64,000 bases of DNA from Octopus vulgaris (lineage: Eukaryota), in contig OX597815.1 of assembly GCA_951406725.2 (NCBI GenBank), forward strand, positions 122,512,001 through 122,576,000. Direction: 5' to 3'. Below are positions 42,781 to 57,427 of the stretch, piece after piece. Positions within the stretch are counted from its first letter, which is position 1; the number at the start of each line of letters is the position of its first letter. Under the pieces are notes generated by a model. That model saw only the letters and a list, made by a program, of their open reading frames with translations. It searched no databases and was not told the origin of the DNA. Both the position numbers and the translations under genes were made by a program.

Positions 42781-43387
42781 CATATGGTGGCTGCCCCCTC
42801 GTTATTGAGTATGGCCATTGCACGAAGCTTAATCAATGTTGTTATCATGCAATGCCTGTGCAAGAAGATTTTTTTTAAAGTGAGGAAAGGCTGTGCACTG
42901 AGTCAATCCCACTCACTAAGCAACAGTAGCCATAATCCGAAAAGAAGAACAAGTCAACATCATCAGTAACCACTGAGCCGCAGGTTTTATGTCAGAGTTA
43001 TCCCAGTTACCTGAGTTGCCTTCTAGATGGATGCCCTAACAAAGGCTAGGAGTCCTTCACTCCCATTGGTTTAACCGTGCGATCAGGTATTCAGTCTGAT
43101 TATTTCTATGTCCCCACGCATGATACAGCCTTAAGACATTTATTGGATGGCTGTTGACTCTCAAGAGTTCCTCCGCTCTTTGACGGGTTTTGTTTTTCAT
43201 CCCGTAGGGTGTCCAATAAACACCCTCCTCACCAAGCAAGCTTGGTGGGGTTGCCGGTTTAGTCGCCGACGACCCGACTATGCAACAGTTTGTACTGGGT
43301 TACATGTTACCAGTAGTACTTGAGATATACATACATATATACATATTCATACAAATACATAAAGAGCAAAAGAGAGAGAGAAAAGTA

Positions 43388-43432
<45 letters not shown>

Positions 43433-43823
43433 TATGCATATGTATGTATGTATGTATGTATACATATAAAAATACATGCATTTAATTTATAAATATGTGT
43501 ATGTTTTTATGTGCATACCACAGCAAACATTAATTGTTGAAGTCCTAAAATTGTTTTAAAAAAACAGTGATATTTGTACTAAATTATGGCTTTAACAATT
43601 CTTTTATTTTTAGTATTGTCTAAAAAAAAAGCTAAATATTCCACAACTTTCAGACTTAGCCTTTTATAATTTTGTCAGGCAAAATAATATGAAGACAGAC
43701 CAATATATATTTCATAAATAATAAACAAAAATGTGAGTTAATATCTGAAAATAAAAACTGATTAAAAGAAATTAATTTTAAATCAAGAATGATTCAATTT
43801 TTACTTTACCTCCTTAAAACACA

Positions 43824-43897
43824 TTTTAATCATTGAAAATAGAAATTATAAGATTACATACCTGAGATGTAGAAAATTAAATTATAATTTTGGTAAG
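43824..43897 (-). promoter_or_regulatory. Conserved AG|GT splice block, site 2 of module A
   Basis: taatttaattttctacatctcAG|GTATGT (junction 43862/43861). Confidence 0.6.
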
Positions 43898-44051
43898 ACT
43901 TTGAAATAAAGTTTTTTTTTTAATTTAATACACACATTCTGTTGAATATCTATAATTTTTTCTCACATATGTATAAGTAATGATACTGCAGAAGAATAAA
44001 TTATGTAGACTCATTTTGACATCCGATAACAGAAATTTCACCAAAGAAATT

Positions 44052-44082
44052 GGTATCTTACCTGAAATAAACAAAAAAAAAA
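44052..44082 (-). promoter_or_regulatory. Conserved AG|GT splice site 1 of module A
   Basis: ttttttttgtttatttcAG|GTAAGA (junction 44062/44061). Confidence 0.65.
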
Positions 44083-45619
44083 GCCACATGAAAGACATAT
44101 TTGAAAAAGGAAGTACATATATATATATATATATAATGGATTATTCAGCACAACAAGAATATAATTTATGAAAGTAAATACATTTTAAATATCTTAAAAT
44201 AGCCATTGCAACAGAAAAAAAAACATAGTTTAAAATTCAAAAGGATTAAAAATCACTTTAATAAAGTGCTACTTATTGTCATAGCAGAAAATAAGAATAT
44301 ATTTATATAACAATATAATCAAAATTAGTAATCAAATGTGACATGAGCATTTTACCAAAATAGTAGTTAACTGTTGTGTATAGAAAGTAGCTATTCCAGA
44401 TTTCATTTTTACTTTTAAATATTGCAGATTTAGAAACTATATAAAATTCATCTGTAGCTTTGTGGTTTTTCTCTCCATCAAATTTAAATAACTACACTTT
44501 TTCTTTATGGGAATAAAATGTATTGATTTAATAATACATCAGCATTAGAAAATTAAGAATTTTATTGAAGAAATTGTTTGAAAATAAGTATTTTCAAATA
44601 TTTTATTTTACTTTCTCTTTTCTCTCTTCAGAAATTCAAAATATTTAATGAAAACTTTGGATAATTTTTTTTTTATAAACGCCATTTTTAAAATGCTGTT
44701 CACAGGAAAATGTCTTAAGAAATCACATTTCAGCAGCTACATTACATTAATTTTTAGATGTTCAAAGCAAGGGTGAAATTGTATCTAATACAATTTCATA
44801 CACACTATGCCATAATCACAAAATCGAAATATAACATCTGATCTCAAGATAAGTTAGAATTCTGTGTCATAAGTTTATCTGTGATCATTAGGATGAAAAT
44901 GTAACTAGCATAATAAAATATATAACCAATTAAATATATGTTGAAAATGTTGATCTTGAAATAAATGTGGGTTGATGCTTTTGTGGAAGAATATTAACAT
45001 GCTTCTTATCTTGGAAATCTAATGTTTTTAACAGTTTAATTTGTTGAGGCTATACTTCTGTTTGACTAACTAGGACAAAATTTCAATGGAATCTCTTCTT
45101 TATTAAACTGGCAGGTATTCATTCCATAAGCCAAAATGATCCATTATTTCATTTACAATGATGGAAAGGGGATTTATTGCCTTCTCCAAACAAGAAGGTA
45201 GACTTGTGATTAACACTACAACATTAGCAACACTGACATTGTAGTGACAATCTCAAATCCACCTTCTTTGTTCAGAGAAGGTAGCAAACCCCATTTCCTC
45301 CACTGTAAGAGTCAAGAAAAGCATGTCGTTAAAGTATAGTAAAGTAGGGGTATTGTGAAAGACACAGCACTGTAACATTATTCAAATCAATAATTAGTTG
45401 CATAATTTTCACTTTTTCAACCAGTTTGTTGAGGATACTATCAAATTTTTCGTACTACTATAACAAAATTGAATGAAAGACCATCAAAAGAACTTATAAA
45501 ATCAATTTCGCAATAATTATATAGAATGTCACACACACACACACACAGATAGATAGACAGACAGATATACTTTTATAATTATAATTTACATATATGTGTG
45601 TGTGTGTGTATATGTGTGT

Positions 45620-46080
45620 GCATATGGATGAGGATAGCTGCATAAAGAAGTGTCAAGCTCTAATCATGGAGGGTACCTGTGGAAGGGGTAGACCCAGGAA
45701 GACGTGGAACAAAGTGATGAGAAAAGATCTTCAGATGCTGGACCTCACTGGGGAAATGACAAGAGACCAGGAGATGTGGTGATTTGTTGCACTTTATAAA
45801 ATGTGTCAAGCTAAGTAAAATCTCTGTCTACCACACATACAGGCTTATCCTTTCAGATTCCAGTATCACATACAAAGCACTCAAGCTGGTGTTGCATAAA
45901 TGTGCCCATGCTGGTGCTGTGTAAATGCACCCATGTCAGTGGCTCATAAAAAGCACCCAGCACACCCATTTAAGTGGTTGGTGTTAGAAAGTGCATCCAG
46001 TCATAGAAACCATGCACAATAGATAGAGTCTGGACAGCTCCATGTCAAACCATCCAACCCATGCTAGCATGATGGTGATG
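45620..46080 (+). mobile_element. RTE-clade LINE 3' end
   Basis: MDEDSCIKKCQALIMEGTCGRGRPRKTWNKVMRKDL...TRDQEMW resembles the RTE C-terminus (GRPRKTW...DR.xW) and is followed by the same 3' tail as 4406-4592. Confidence 0.7.
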
Positions 46081-46107
46081 ATATACATATATTTATATAT
46101 ACATGTA

Positions 46108-46340
46108 TCTATTTCTTTATTGCCCACAGTGGGGTTAAACATAGAGGACAAACAAGGACAGACAAAGGGATTAAGTTGATTACATTGATCCCAGTGTGTA
46201 ACTGATACATATTTAATCGACCCCAAAAGGATGAGAAGCAAAGTCAACCTCGGCAGAATTTGAACTCAGAACGTAACAGCAGGTGAAATACAGCTAAGTA
46301 TTATGCTCAGCGTACTAACAATTCTGCCAGCTTGCCACCC
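46108..46340 (-). mobile_element. SINE-like repeat (family shared with 47228-47432)
   Basis: Reverse complement of ggtggcaagctggcagaat...ttctgagttcaaattctgccgaggttgactttgct; degenerate copy on + at 47228. Confidence 0.6.
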
Positions 46341-47227
46341 TCTATATTATGAACATGTACACAGTCCTTTGACTTGTTGGATCCTGTCAAACCATCCAAC
46401 CCATTCCAGCATGGAATATGGAGACTAAATGATGATGAAGATAGTATATATAATTTATATGGAAAAATATTCAGTGTTGAAATTTTGAAATCTGTGACAG
46501 AATCTTTATAACTTTTACTGGTTTTGTATTATGGGCAGCAAGCATGCTGAAGCACTACTAGAGAATTAACTGGCTAATTTGGCTTATTAAACATTATTTT
46601 CTTTATATTTTTCTCTTCCAGATGCAGTCTAAAGTTACAACTTCAATCTCCTTTTCAAAAGAATTAACTACTCAAGTGAAGAAATACTTTGCAGACAGCT
46701 TACAAACACAAAACAGCACTAAAAAACCTCACAGAAATTATATCTTTCATACAATTAATTATTTTGAAAAAAAATGATTATGAATTCGAAATTCTGAAAA
46801 TGCATTTAGAGGATTGCTTTCAATTGTATATCTAAATCAAGTTTATTGTTCTGCTTCAAAAGAAAGATGAATTCATTTCTGAATATGCAAACAATAATAT
46901 CTTCTTTGGCAATTTATCGATTTATCAAATTATTGCATGCAATCAATATTTTATAAGTAATTTTAATATTTGAAGAGATACATTACTTTTTTAACTACTG
47001 ATATTACTAACAAACTTTTTAAAATGTACTGAAAGATAAAAAATTTAACTGAGGTTGTGTTACTTTTTAATACCAGTGTGTTAATATAAGAAAACATCTT
47101 TACTACAGTAATAAAAACTACTGCTACCACTACTAATTATTATTTATTTTTAATCTGCATGTTTGTTAAAATCAGTTGCTGTGACACACCCAGCATCCTA
47201 AGATAAGTGTATTATTATTTATAATTA

Positions 47228-47432
47228 TTAAGGTAGTGAGCTGGCAGAATCATTAACAAGCCAGAGAAAATACTTAGTAGTATTTCTTCTAGTGTTATTT
47301 TCTGAGTTTAAATTCTATCAAGGTCGGCTTTGCTTTTTACCCTTAGGGTTGATAATATAAGTGGCAGTTGAGCACTTGGGTTGATGTAATTAACTTTCCT
47401 ATCTTCTCATAACTGCTGACCTTGTGTCAAAA
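47228..47432 (+). mobile_element. SINE-like repeat, degenerate
   Basis: aaggtagtgagctggcagaatc...ttctgagtttaaattctatcaaggtcggctttgct; similar to 46108-46340. Confidence 0.55.
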
Positions 47433-47479
47433 TTAAAAACAAATTTTGTGATAGGTAGTCAGCTAATGGATTGGTTTAA

Positions 47480-48150
47480 GTGCATGAGGGGTTGAATGAA
47501 GGCTGCCTACTAGCCACTGCCGTTTGACATGAATGATGTGAAAGACTTAGATAAGAGGCTGGTACTCACTGACCCTCTCCATAGATACTAGATTTGCTGA
47601 TGACACGATCTTAATATCTGTGATCTTTGACAAATTGATACTTTAACAGCTAGATGAAGCATATGCAAAAAGTAGGTATAAAAATTAAGGGTACAAAGTA
47701 CACAATCCTGTCACTTAGCAAAAAAATGATAGTTCTGAAATAAAATGTCACAGAGTTTGTTGGCAGTATGGAACTGTTTGATCAGAAAACATGAAAAGAG
47801 AAGGTATTACTAACATCTCTGGCATTTGGAAGATTTAGAAAACTAATTTAGAATAGGTTAAGATCACAGTTAGCAACTCAAGCAGTCAAATGCCCATATT
47901 TTCTGAGTCACAACCTACTCCTCAGAAACAAGGGCCCGAATATCTCAAGATATATTAACAGAGAAGAAGTTTTCAAAATGCAGTCTTTACAGGGGTATCA
48001 TTTCAAGATACCTGTAGAAAAACTTCCATGTATAAAGTTATTCATATGACATGCACTGTTACCAAGGGCTATAAAAGGGAAGAAAATAAAATGATTTGAC
48101 CAAGTAATAAGAAAGCCATGGAATAACTTTAAAAGCACAAACATTCTACC
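47480..48150 (+). mobile_element. Highly decayed LINE RT fragment (boundaries approximate)
   Basis: AGATTTGCTGATGACACGATCTTAATATCT = RFADDTILIS (RT catalytic motif) at ~47590; frame broken around it. Confidence 0.45.
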
Positions 48151-49589
48151 CAGATTCCTCAAATCCCAAGCTATGTGGAAAACAGCTTAAGAGAAGGACC
48201 TGTAAAGTGAATAGACACACAAAATTACACACCACATTAGTGAAGAGCAAAGCATGCCCAAGAAGTAGGGTGGCAATGGTCCATGTGACACATGAAAATC
48301 TATACAAATATATATATGGATCAAAACAGTTTGGTTCAGATTTCATACATGTAAATCCCAATAAATGTAGTTGAGTGCCCTTTCTTTCATTCGTCCACTC
48401 ACTTGAATATGTGTGCGTGTGTGTGCATATAAACACACATGTATATAAAAATATTCATACACATGCACACACACACATACTATTTAACCCCATATGTATA
48501 TCACGCAGACTTATAGGGTTATATAAGTAGTCATATACTGGTTGATTTTAAGTACACTTTTATCAAGGAATTATTTGGATGACCATAGATTTCTATGAAG
48601 ACCTGCATTAAATGCTTTATTATTGGTGAAATCAATCTTGTATGAAGCAAATTTGTCATTGTTGTATTTTGTGAGGCTCATTTTACAAATAAGAAACACA
48701 CACACTTGTTCAGCAACAACAATATTTAATTTCTAACTTCTGTACTAGCAAGAGTTGGATGGATTGATAGGGGGTGAAACATGGAGGACTGTGACAAGTA
48801 CCAATGTCTACTTTGGCTTAGTTTCCATAGCTTGATGCCCCTCTTAATGCCAACGACTTAAGAGAATCTACTGAGTGCCTTTCTTACGGCACCAGTACTA
48901 GTGATGATGGCCTTGTGACTTGCCAGGCCTTAAAGTGACTCTAACATCAGAGGGAGAAGAGAAAGAAGAGAGTGTGGGCAATGAACCTAGGGAGAGAGAT
49001 GAGGGAATGGTAAAAAAGGAGAGAAGCTGATGTAAAACCAATTGACTACTTGATTAACTGACTACTTAATTGTTCAATTAATCGGTTAATCCTTTAATTT
49101 ATCAGTCCTTTCATCTCCATTGTGTACCTCATCAATGACATGCACTCATTCTTCAAGGCCTGCCGAGTTCTAATTGTCTCCAAGTCTCAGTTATACATAT
49201 TTGTATCATATGAGCTATGTGTGAATGAGTAAATGAGTGAGTATATATGTATGCATGATGGTGTGTGTGTGTATGTGTGTGTGTGTGTGTATGTGTGTGT
49301 GTGTGTGTATGCATGCGTGTATGCATCAATGCATACAACATTTTTTTCTGCCAATTTTTTTGACAGATTGCATTTCATTTTTCTTTATTTGTATCAACAA
49401 AGGTAAACACAGAGAAACATTACAAAGATCTCTAAGTTTTACAATTACCATGTGGTGTCGAGACAAAGGGACAGAAACACTTGGACACATGCATAGCCAT
49501 GCATATATATATGTATGTGTTGAGTCTCACAGAGACCTTTGGCATTATGTTGTGTTTGAGAAGACGACCCATAAAGCTGACTAAAATCA

Positions 49590-49823
49590 CTGTTGTGGTA
49601 GATACCGGTGTCACGCAAATTGGCACCCATGACAGTGGCATGTAAAAGTACCCCAGTGTCACATAAAAGCACCCATTACACTCTCGGAGTGGTTGGCATT
49701 AGGAAGGGCATTCAGCCATAGAAAACTATGCCAAATCAGACTGGAGTCTGGTGCAGCCTCCCAGCATAGTCTAACAGTCCAACAGCATGGACAATAGATG
49801 TTAAATGGTGATGATGATGGTGA

Positions 49824-49826
<3 letters not shown>
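49590..49826 (+). mobile_element. RTE-type 3' end with (GAT)n tail
   Basis: Similar to 4406-4592. Confidence 0.65.
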
Positions 49827-49864
<38 letters not shown>

Positions 49865-50051
49865 GAGAGAGAGAGAGTAAGAGAAAGAGAAAGAGACTAA
49901 CAAACAAATTGGCTGATACATATACACACACCCACATGCTCACAGTTATAGCTTGGATGTTTGATCATACATTTGATCAATCCAAGCTAACGCATGGTTA
50001 AATAACAATACATATCAAACTCACAACATGTGAGTGCACATATATGTATAA

Positions 50052-50087
<36 letters not shown>

Positions 50088-50112
50088 ATGTATGTATGTA
50101 TATGCAAATATC

Positions 50113-50278
50113 CATGTGACTGTGTGGTAAGTAGCTTACTAACCAACCACATGGTTCCGGGTTCAGTCCCACTGTGTGGCATCTTGGGCAAGTGTCTTCT
50201 GCTATAGCCCCGGGCTGACCAATGCCTTGTGAGTGGATTTGGTAGACGGAAACTGAAAAGAAGCCCGTCGTATATATG

Positions 50279-50311
<33 letters not shown>

Positions 50312-50520
50312 GTGTCTGTGTTTGTCCCCCTAGCATTGCTTGACAACCGATGCTGGTGTGTTTACATCCCCGTCACTTAGCGGTTCGGCAAAAGAGACCG
50401 ATAGAATAAGTACTGGGCTTACAAAGAATAAGTCCCGGGGTTGATTTGCTCGACTAAAGGCGGTGCTCCAGCATGGCCGCAGTCAAATGACTGAAACAAG
50501 TAAAAGAGTAAAAGAGAAAA
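50113..50520 (+). mobile_element. SINE with internal microsatellite
   Basis: tgtgtggtaagtagctt...ggttccgggttcagtcccac...gggcaagtgtcttct...gatttggtagacggaaactg...ggccgcagtcaaatgactgaaacaagtaaaaga; other copies at 26485-26882, ~51490-51610 and ~52278-52400. Confidence 0.85.
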
Positions 50521-52964
50521 GAGTATATATATATATGATATATATACGAAAATTCCTTTGGATCATACCCTATCATCTTAAAAAAAGGAAGTGTGCTCAA
50601 GACAATGTAGACTTAGATGGTTATGGTTGGAATATCTTTAATCATATGTGCTCTCAGTCAGAGTTGAAATAGAAATAAATGCTAGCAACATACTAAACCA
50701 CAAAAAGAAAAAAAATTCCAAATAAAATTATCTTGGTCTGTTCATAGACAAAGGCATAATGAAATCTATAAATTTTCTATTCTAAAAGAATATTAGGGTG
50801 TTTTGTAATATACTAAATTACTTAATTTGAAGGAACAAAATATTTGTCTCTATACTAGATATAGTTTTCATTCATCATTATTTCATTATTTTTATGCCAC
50901 TTTTTCCACTGTGGCATATATTGGACAAGATTTATCGAGACAACATTTTTTGATTGGCTACTCTGCTTAATGCCAATCCTTGTTTTCAGATAAAGAATTT
51001 TATTTCATGTCTCAGTACATTAAAACTGCATATGCTGAATTGCAGGAGAATTTGTTAATACAGAACATAAACAATGTCACCTCAGCCCGAATAGTGTCAA
51101 GCAATGAGACAAAAATGTATATGCATATAGAAATACATTTATGTATGTATGTCATTATTCAGTTTATTTCAAGATTTCTTGTCAATAGAGAAAGAATCGG
51201 TTTGTAACATAGATTCAAAGTTCCTTCATTGGAATTTCAACATCAGCGACAGGGTGGGTATATATGTATGAGCAGATTTGTATGTTTTATGTATGTATGC
51301 ATGTATAAGCTTTTTATTTTAAAATATGCTTAAAAATAATAATGGAACGTTTGCTGATGCTGTTACTCTATAATGAGAGCAGACTTAAATTTATTGTGAA
51401 GATCACATTGAATTGGACTTCATATTTTGCCTATCAACTTTTTCAAACAAACTGGTCTAACAAGCTGACATATGAACATCTCAGTCACTGAATTTCATTC
51501 ACAAGGCATTGGCTAACTCTAGGCTATGGTAGAAGACATTTGTCCAAAGTGTCACACAGTGGAATTCAACCTAATATTCATATGGCTGCAAAGGGAATTT
51601 CTTAACCCATGTCTGCATCTAACTATTGTCAATAGCATAACATTTTTGGTAGCTCCAAAAAACAATTTTTTGATGCTAAAAGTTTGTTATAGCACATGAA
51701 GACAAAGACAGGGAAGAAAAATTATAACCAGTTATTGATAATATAATCATTGAGTTGTCAAATATATGTTCAGCTCATTATTTACATTCAACGGATATTT
51801 GTCCTCATCTTGTTTGTAACAAACAAGATGAAGACAAATATCTGTCGAGTGTAACTAATGTAAATAATGTACATAATTCCTCATCTCTTAAATATAGAAC
51901 TATATGTTCAGCTTTTCATTATTATTTTTGTTGCATTATTATGAATGCAATTATAGAGATGCACATAACACATATATTAACACACACACACACACATTAT
52001 CATCAATTTCATTTCAACACCTATTTTTCCATGCTTGCACAGGGTGGAGAGATTTTTTTGAGGCAAATTTTCTGTCACCAACTCTTATCTGTTTCCAAGC
52101 AAGGAAATATTTCCCTGTGACTGGACTTGCTTTTGGTTAAGATTGGAAACAAAGGATGTCAAATATGTGACAGTGATGCTCATTTTACAAGTATTACAGA
52201 TTGTCAAGTAAAAGGACACAAACATATACTCATGTACACACATGCATATGTACATGTGCATATGGACAGACACATATTATGGGCTTCTTTCAATTTCTAT
52301 TAACCAAATCAACTTTGGTTAGCCTAGGGCTATAGTAGAAGACATTTACCCAAGGTGGCTTGCAGAGGGACTGAACACAAAACCAAGTGGTTAAGAAGCC
52401 ACACCAATGGCTGTACTTATGTGTGTGTGTGTTTGTGTGTATAAAACACACACTCACAAACAATAGAAAAATATATGATAATGTATGTGACCCACTCTCT
52501 CATCAATTTCAACCAAGAGAATTATCTGCTCATTGAATAACTGTGCAAGTGATTAAGTATTCCACATGCATTTGTACTTTTTAGATAAATCCAGCATAGC
52601 ACAATGGCAAAAATTGATCTATAAATCACAAGTAAAGTCTTCTACCTGTGAACTTCTCCATATTTTCCATGTACCCAATTTCCTTCACATGATTTGGGTT
52701 GTACAGAAAGATGTTCATGATTGAAAGCCAAGCTTATTTGGTCATATGCTCATGCAAAAATACACACATTTTGTATTTTTAGCCATTATGACACAAAGAT
52801 TATTTGCTAACTTAAGAAAGGATAGAAAAAAACAGTGCATATGCGTATGGGCATATGGCCAAATAAGTTTGGCTGTCAGTCATAATGGCTCACTGAACAA
52901 CACATTGAGTAAGTATCTTAACTGTATACTTCTCTCTCTTTCTCATACATATATATGTGTTAGT

Positions 52965-52973
52965 GTGTGTGAA

Positions 52974-53030
<57 letters not shown>

Positions 53031-53090
53031 ATATATATAAACATATACATATATACATATACATATATATATATACATATACATATATAC

Positions 53091-53141
<51 letters not shown>

Positions 53142-53310
53142 TACATATATATCTATATATATATATACATATACATATATACATATATATCTATATATAT
53201 ATATACATATATATATATACATATACATATATATATATACATATACATATATATATATATATACATATATATATACATATATATATACATATATATATAC
53301 ATATATATAC

Positions 53311-53381
<71 letters not shown>

Positions 53382-53517
53382 CATATACATAGATATTATA
53401 CATATATATATATACTTATACACATATAAATATGCATATACATATATACATATACATATATATATATATACATATACATATACATATATATATACATATA
53501 TATATATATACATATAC

Positions 53518-53554
<37 letters not shown>

Positions 53555-53630
53555 ACATATATATACATGTACATATATACATATACATATACATATATAT
53601 ACATATACATATATACATATACATATATAT

Positions 53631-53688
<58 letters not shown>

Positions 53689-53690
53689 GT
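52965..53690. repeat. (TA)n/(TACA)n compound microsatellite
   Basis: Direct reading of the sequence. Confidence 0.95.
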
Positions 53691-54922
53691 GATTGTTCAT
53701 ACATCAGTTTGCGTGTGTGTATGCATGTGTATCTGCATGTGTTGTCTGAGTGTATATTCACACACACATACATATCCATGCACACACTTGAGTATTTATA
53801 TAAATAAGTGTATACTCACATATGCATCTACAGATACACATGTGTGTTTGAGTGTATGTATGTATATATGTATATATACTTTATCCTGCTAGAGGCATTG
53901 TAGAAAATACAAGACAGGAGTAAGTAGGAGCTTAGATATTGTACATCCATTTCAGGCAGTACCAATACACTCAAACATTATGTAATGCATGCAGATGAGT
54001 AAGAGTGATGTCTCTGACTGACAGAGAAATATACACCTTATTTTACAGAAGAACAATTAAAGGAATGTTAATAATGCTTGTAGTGATTTGCCACCTGAGT
54101 GATACGAGTTGTGCTAGAGGAGTATCTAGCAAAAGAACAGTAATTAGGATGAGAACAAAATGGATAAATCTCTCTGATGCAATCTGTAATAAAGTGTATT
54201 TATCACCACTTAGAAACGGATGTTGTGTTAGAACACAGGATATTGCAATAGTTCTCATGAGTGAACTTCTCATATGGTCTTGTGGAGCATATAAGCACTG
54301 TTGTTTACACCACTGTGTAAAAACAACATGTAGGAGTTACTCATATGGATGGTTATTGTGGTCCTTTAGCTCCAAGTTGAGCCTGATTAAGCAAATTATG
54401 ACCAAAAATATGGACAATGAATATAAAATGTCTACAGTAGCTAGACAGAAAAGTTGGATGGATGTGCAGAGTCCTTCCTTTCACAAGAAAAACTGAACCC
54501 AAGAGATCCAGAAAGAAGTTTTGTATTAGAAATATTCACAGGTGTGTGCAAAAGTGTGGGCCATATTAACATGGGCATTTAATGCAAATGGCAGATATAT
54601 GATTAGCATGAAAATGTTGTCAAGTGGTACTGAAGAGTACCTGAGGTGGTTTTCAGAACACAGGGTTTCACAGAAAAGAGTATGCAAGATTATGCCACTA
54701 TTAACTATTCACTTTAGTGCAAAGCCATTTAAACTATGCTAGCAAGGGAAAATCTAACATGTGATATTATAATACCTTCTTGCATATATATGTACATATA
54801 TAGATTAAATAAATATATACACAAGCATAATTTTGTATGTTTTTCCCCCACTGAAATAGTTTGACTTGTTTGCGTTAATAATATGAAATGCTTGAAATGA
54901 TATTGAATAACATTTAGCCTGA

Positions 54923-54999
<77 letters not shown>

Positions 55000-56427
55000 C
55001 AATAAACACACTTTTTGACAAACAACTGTTGTGACACCTAAATCATTTATATTAGACACTATTTAGATCCTAACTTGTGGAAGAAAGCAAATGCTTATAA
55101 AAACACTATAATTAGTTGAAGTTTAATGATGGATTTGATAGCTATAAACTACCAGCACAATAAATAACAAACTCACAGTACTACCCTTCTATACAGTCTT
55201 TAATACCATCTTCCAATAAAACACCCTCAAATATTCACTAATGATAGTGTGTTATTAGTTTATGTGAGTGAAATAGGGAAAAGTAAAGTTAAATACAACA
55301 GAAAGATACCACTAAATATGAAACAAAATTTAATCCAGAATTATACCCTAAAGATATAGTATTCTACAACTGTAAATTAAAGTTTCTAAATTGTTAGTCA
55401 ACTAATACGGGGCCAATCTAGTGAATATATAAATGCAACTTCAAATAAAAGAGAATGTTACTAAATTTCCATTTTCAGTATGGTAATATATTTTATAGTA
55501 TATACTATAAAATATAATAGATAGATGGGAGAGAACCCTGGCAAGAGAGAAATAGAAACAAACAAAACTTTCTTTCAAAATACCTAACAAACAGACACAC
55601 TTAGAGATAATCCAGCATTTATGCATACTTAGAAATAATTCAGCATTTATGATTGATACTGCTGAAGCTATTTCATATTAATTAGGCTTTGTTTTCCTGA
55701 ATACAACTGCTGAAGAACAGATATATAGCTTAGATGATAAACAAACATTTCTTGGCACTCTCAAAGTTTTGAATGAGTTATTGCCCATTCACATTTCATA
55801 TATCTACACACCCATACATATACAACCAGGTGTTCAAGATGATTGCAGAGGTGATATAAACAGATATTTGGCCCAGGAAAGAGGCCATAACTTTTCTAAA
55901 AACCAGAAAGAAATTCAGTTCACTAAAACTTCCACAATCACTATGTGCCAGCTAAGAGTAGATTTCATGGAATTGTTACATCCCTGATCACATTGTACCA
56001 ACAACAGATAGCCTAGTCATAGGACTCTCAAATTCCATCTAACAGATGAACATGTGGGAACTGATTTCACCCTGGGGAAAAATAAACTAAGGGGGCTCAT
56101 GAGAGGAAGCTTGCCAAATATCAGTGCAGGAACCAACTCTGGCAGGCATGTTGTGAGACAGCTGAAGTGAGATATCAGTACTTTGTGGGGCGTTTCATTA
56201 CTGGAGTTGCAGAGAAAGCCATTAGGTGGTTTTGAATAAGGAGAGCAGACCAGTAGTTTGCTGCAACTAGGATGCAAACTAAGATGTGATCAACCCTGGC
56301 AGGGACAAAAATGGGCAAGAGATCTGATGATGTTCGAAGAATGAAATACCCTCAGACCCCAGGAATATCACAAATGACACAGCCCAGAGTAATCATGTGA
56401 TATATCTCAGAACTATATATAGGTCTA

Positions 56428-56461
<34 letters not shown>

Positions 56462-56519
56462 TCCTCCATGCACCCCCTCACATATGGTAGTCTCTCGTAG
56501 TCCAATTTCTTGCTGAACA

Positions 56520-56757
56520 ACCTGCTCAGATGATTTGTAATCAAATGTATCTGCTGGATATTAGCTCACACTCTCCATCAATTCTATATTGCCTGAACGA
56601 GTGCACAGTGTATCACATGCCAGGTGTCAAAATGATCACAGGGTGATATGAAAGGAAGTGTTTTTGCTTAAGAACACAATACACCAGCCAGTTTAGGAAT
56701 TGAAACCACAATCTTATGATTGTGAGTGCAACACCCTAACCACTAGGCCATGTGCCC
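56520..56757 (-). mobile_element. Degenerate tRNA-derived SINE
   Basis: Minus strand ggcacaTGGCCTAGTGGttagggtgttgcactc...gtggtttcaattcc (A and B boxes). Confidence 0.6.
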
Positions 56758-56925
56758 TCATACATGTACACATACACACACATACACACTTATTCATATA
56801 TATATACATATTTCTGTTTACACATATATGTATACAAATACTTAAATACATGCATTTACATATTCATATATATATGTATGTATGTATATATATGTATATA
56901 TATCTATATACATACATATATATAC

Positions 56926-56958
<33 letters not shown>

Positions 56959-56982
56959 GATATATATATATACATATATATA

Positions 56983-57057
56983 CTTTGATACTTTGATACT
57001 TTGATAGGTTTCGGCCATTATTGGCCCAGGCCATGTCTAACTTAATAGCACCACCTT
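56983..57057 (-). mobile_element. Extreme 3' end of the (TATCAAAG)n-tailed LINE
   Basis: Reverse complement of 61705-61773. Confidence 0.75.
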
Positions 57058-57061
57058 ACAT

Positions 57062-57152
<91 letters not shown>

Positions 57153-57299
57153 GATATATATATATATATACATATAATATTAATTATATATATATATATA
57201 CATATATACATATATATATACATAGATATATATATATATACATATATATATACATAGATATATATATATATATACATATATATATACATATATATATAC

Positions 57300-57418
<119 letters not shown>

Positions 57419-57427
57419 TATATACAT

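Noticed and set aside
42780-43320. GC-richer segment resembling a retroelement 5' region
   Set aside because: No second copy or protein motif in the window to confirm its identity
54005-54742. 163-aa and neighbouring ORFs as a host exon or DNA-transposon remnant
   Set aside because: No recognisable motif or convincing splice sites; cannot be supported without a database search
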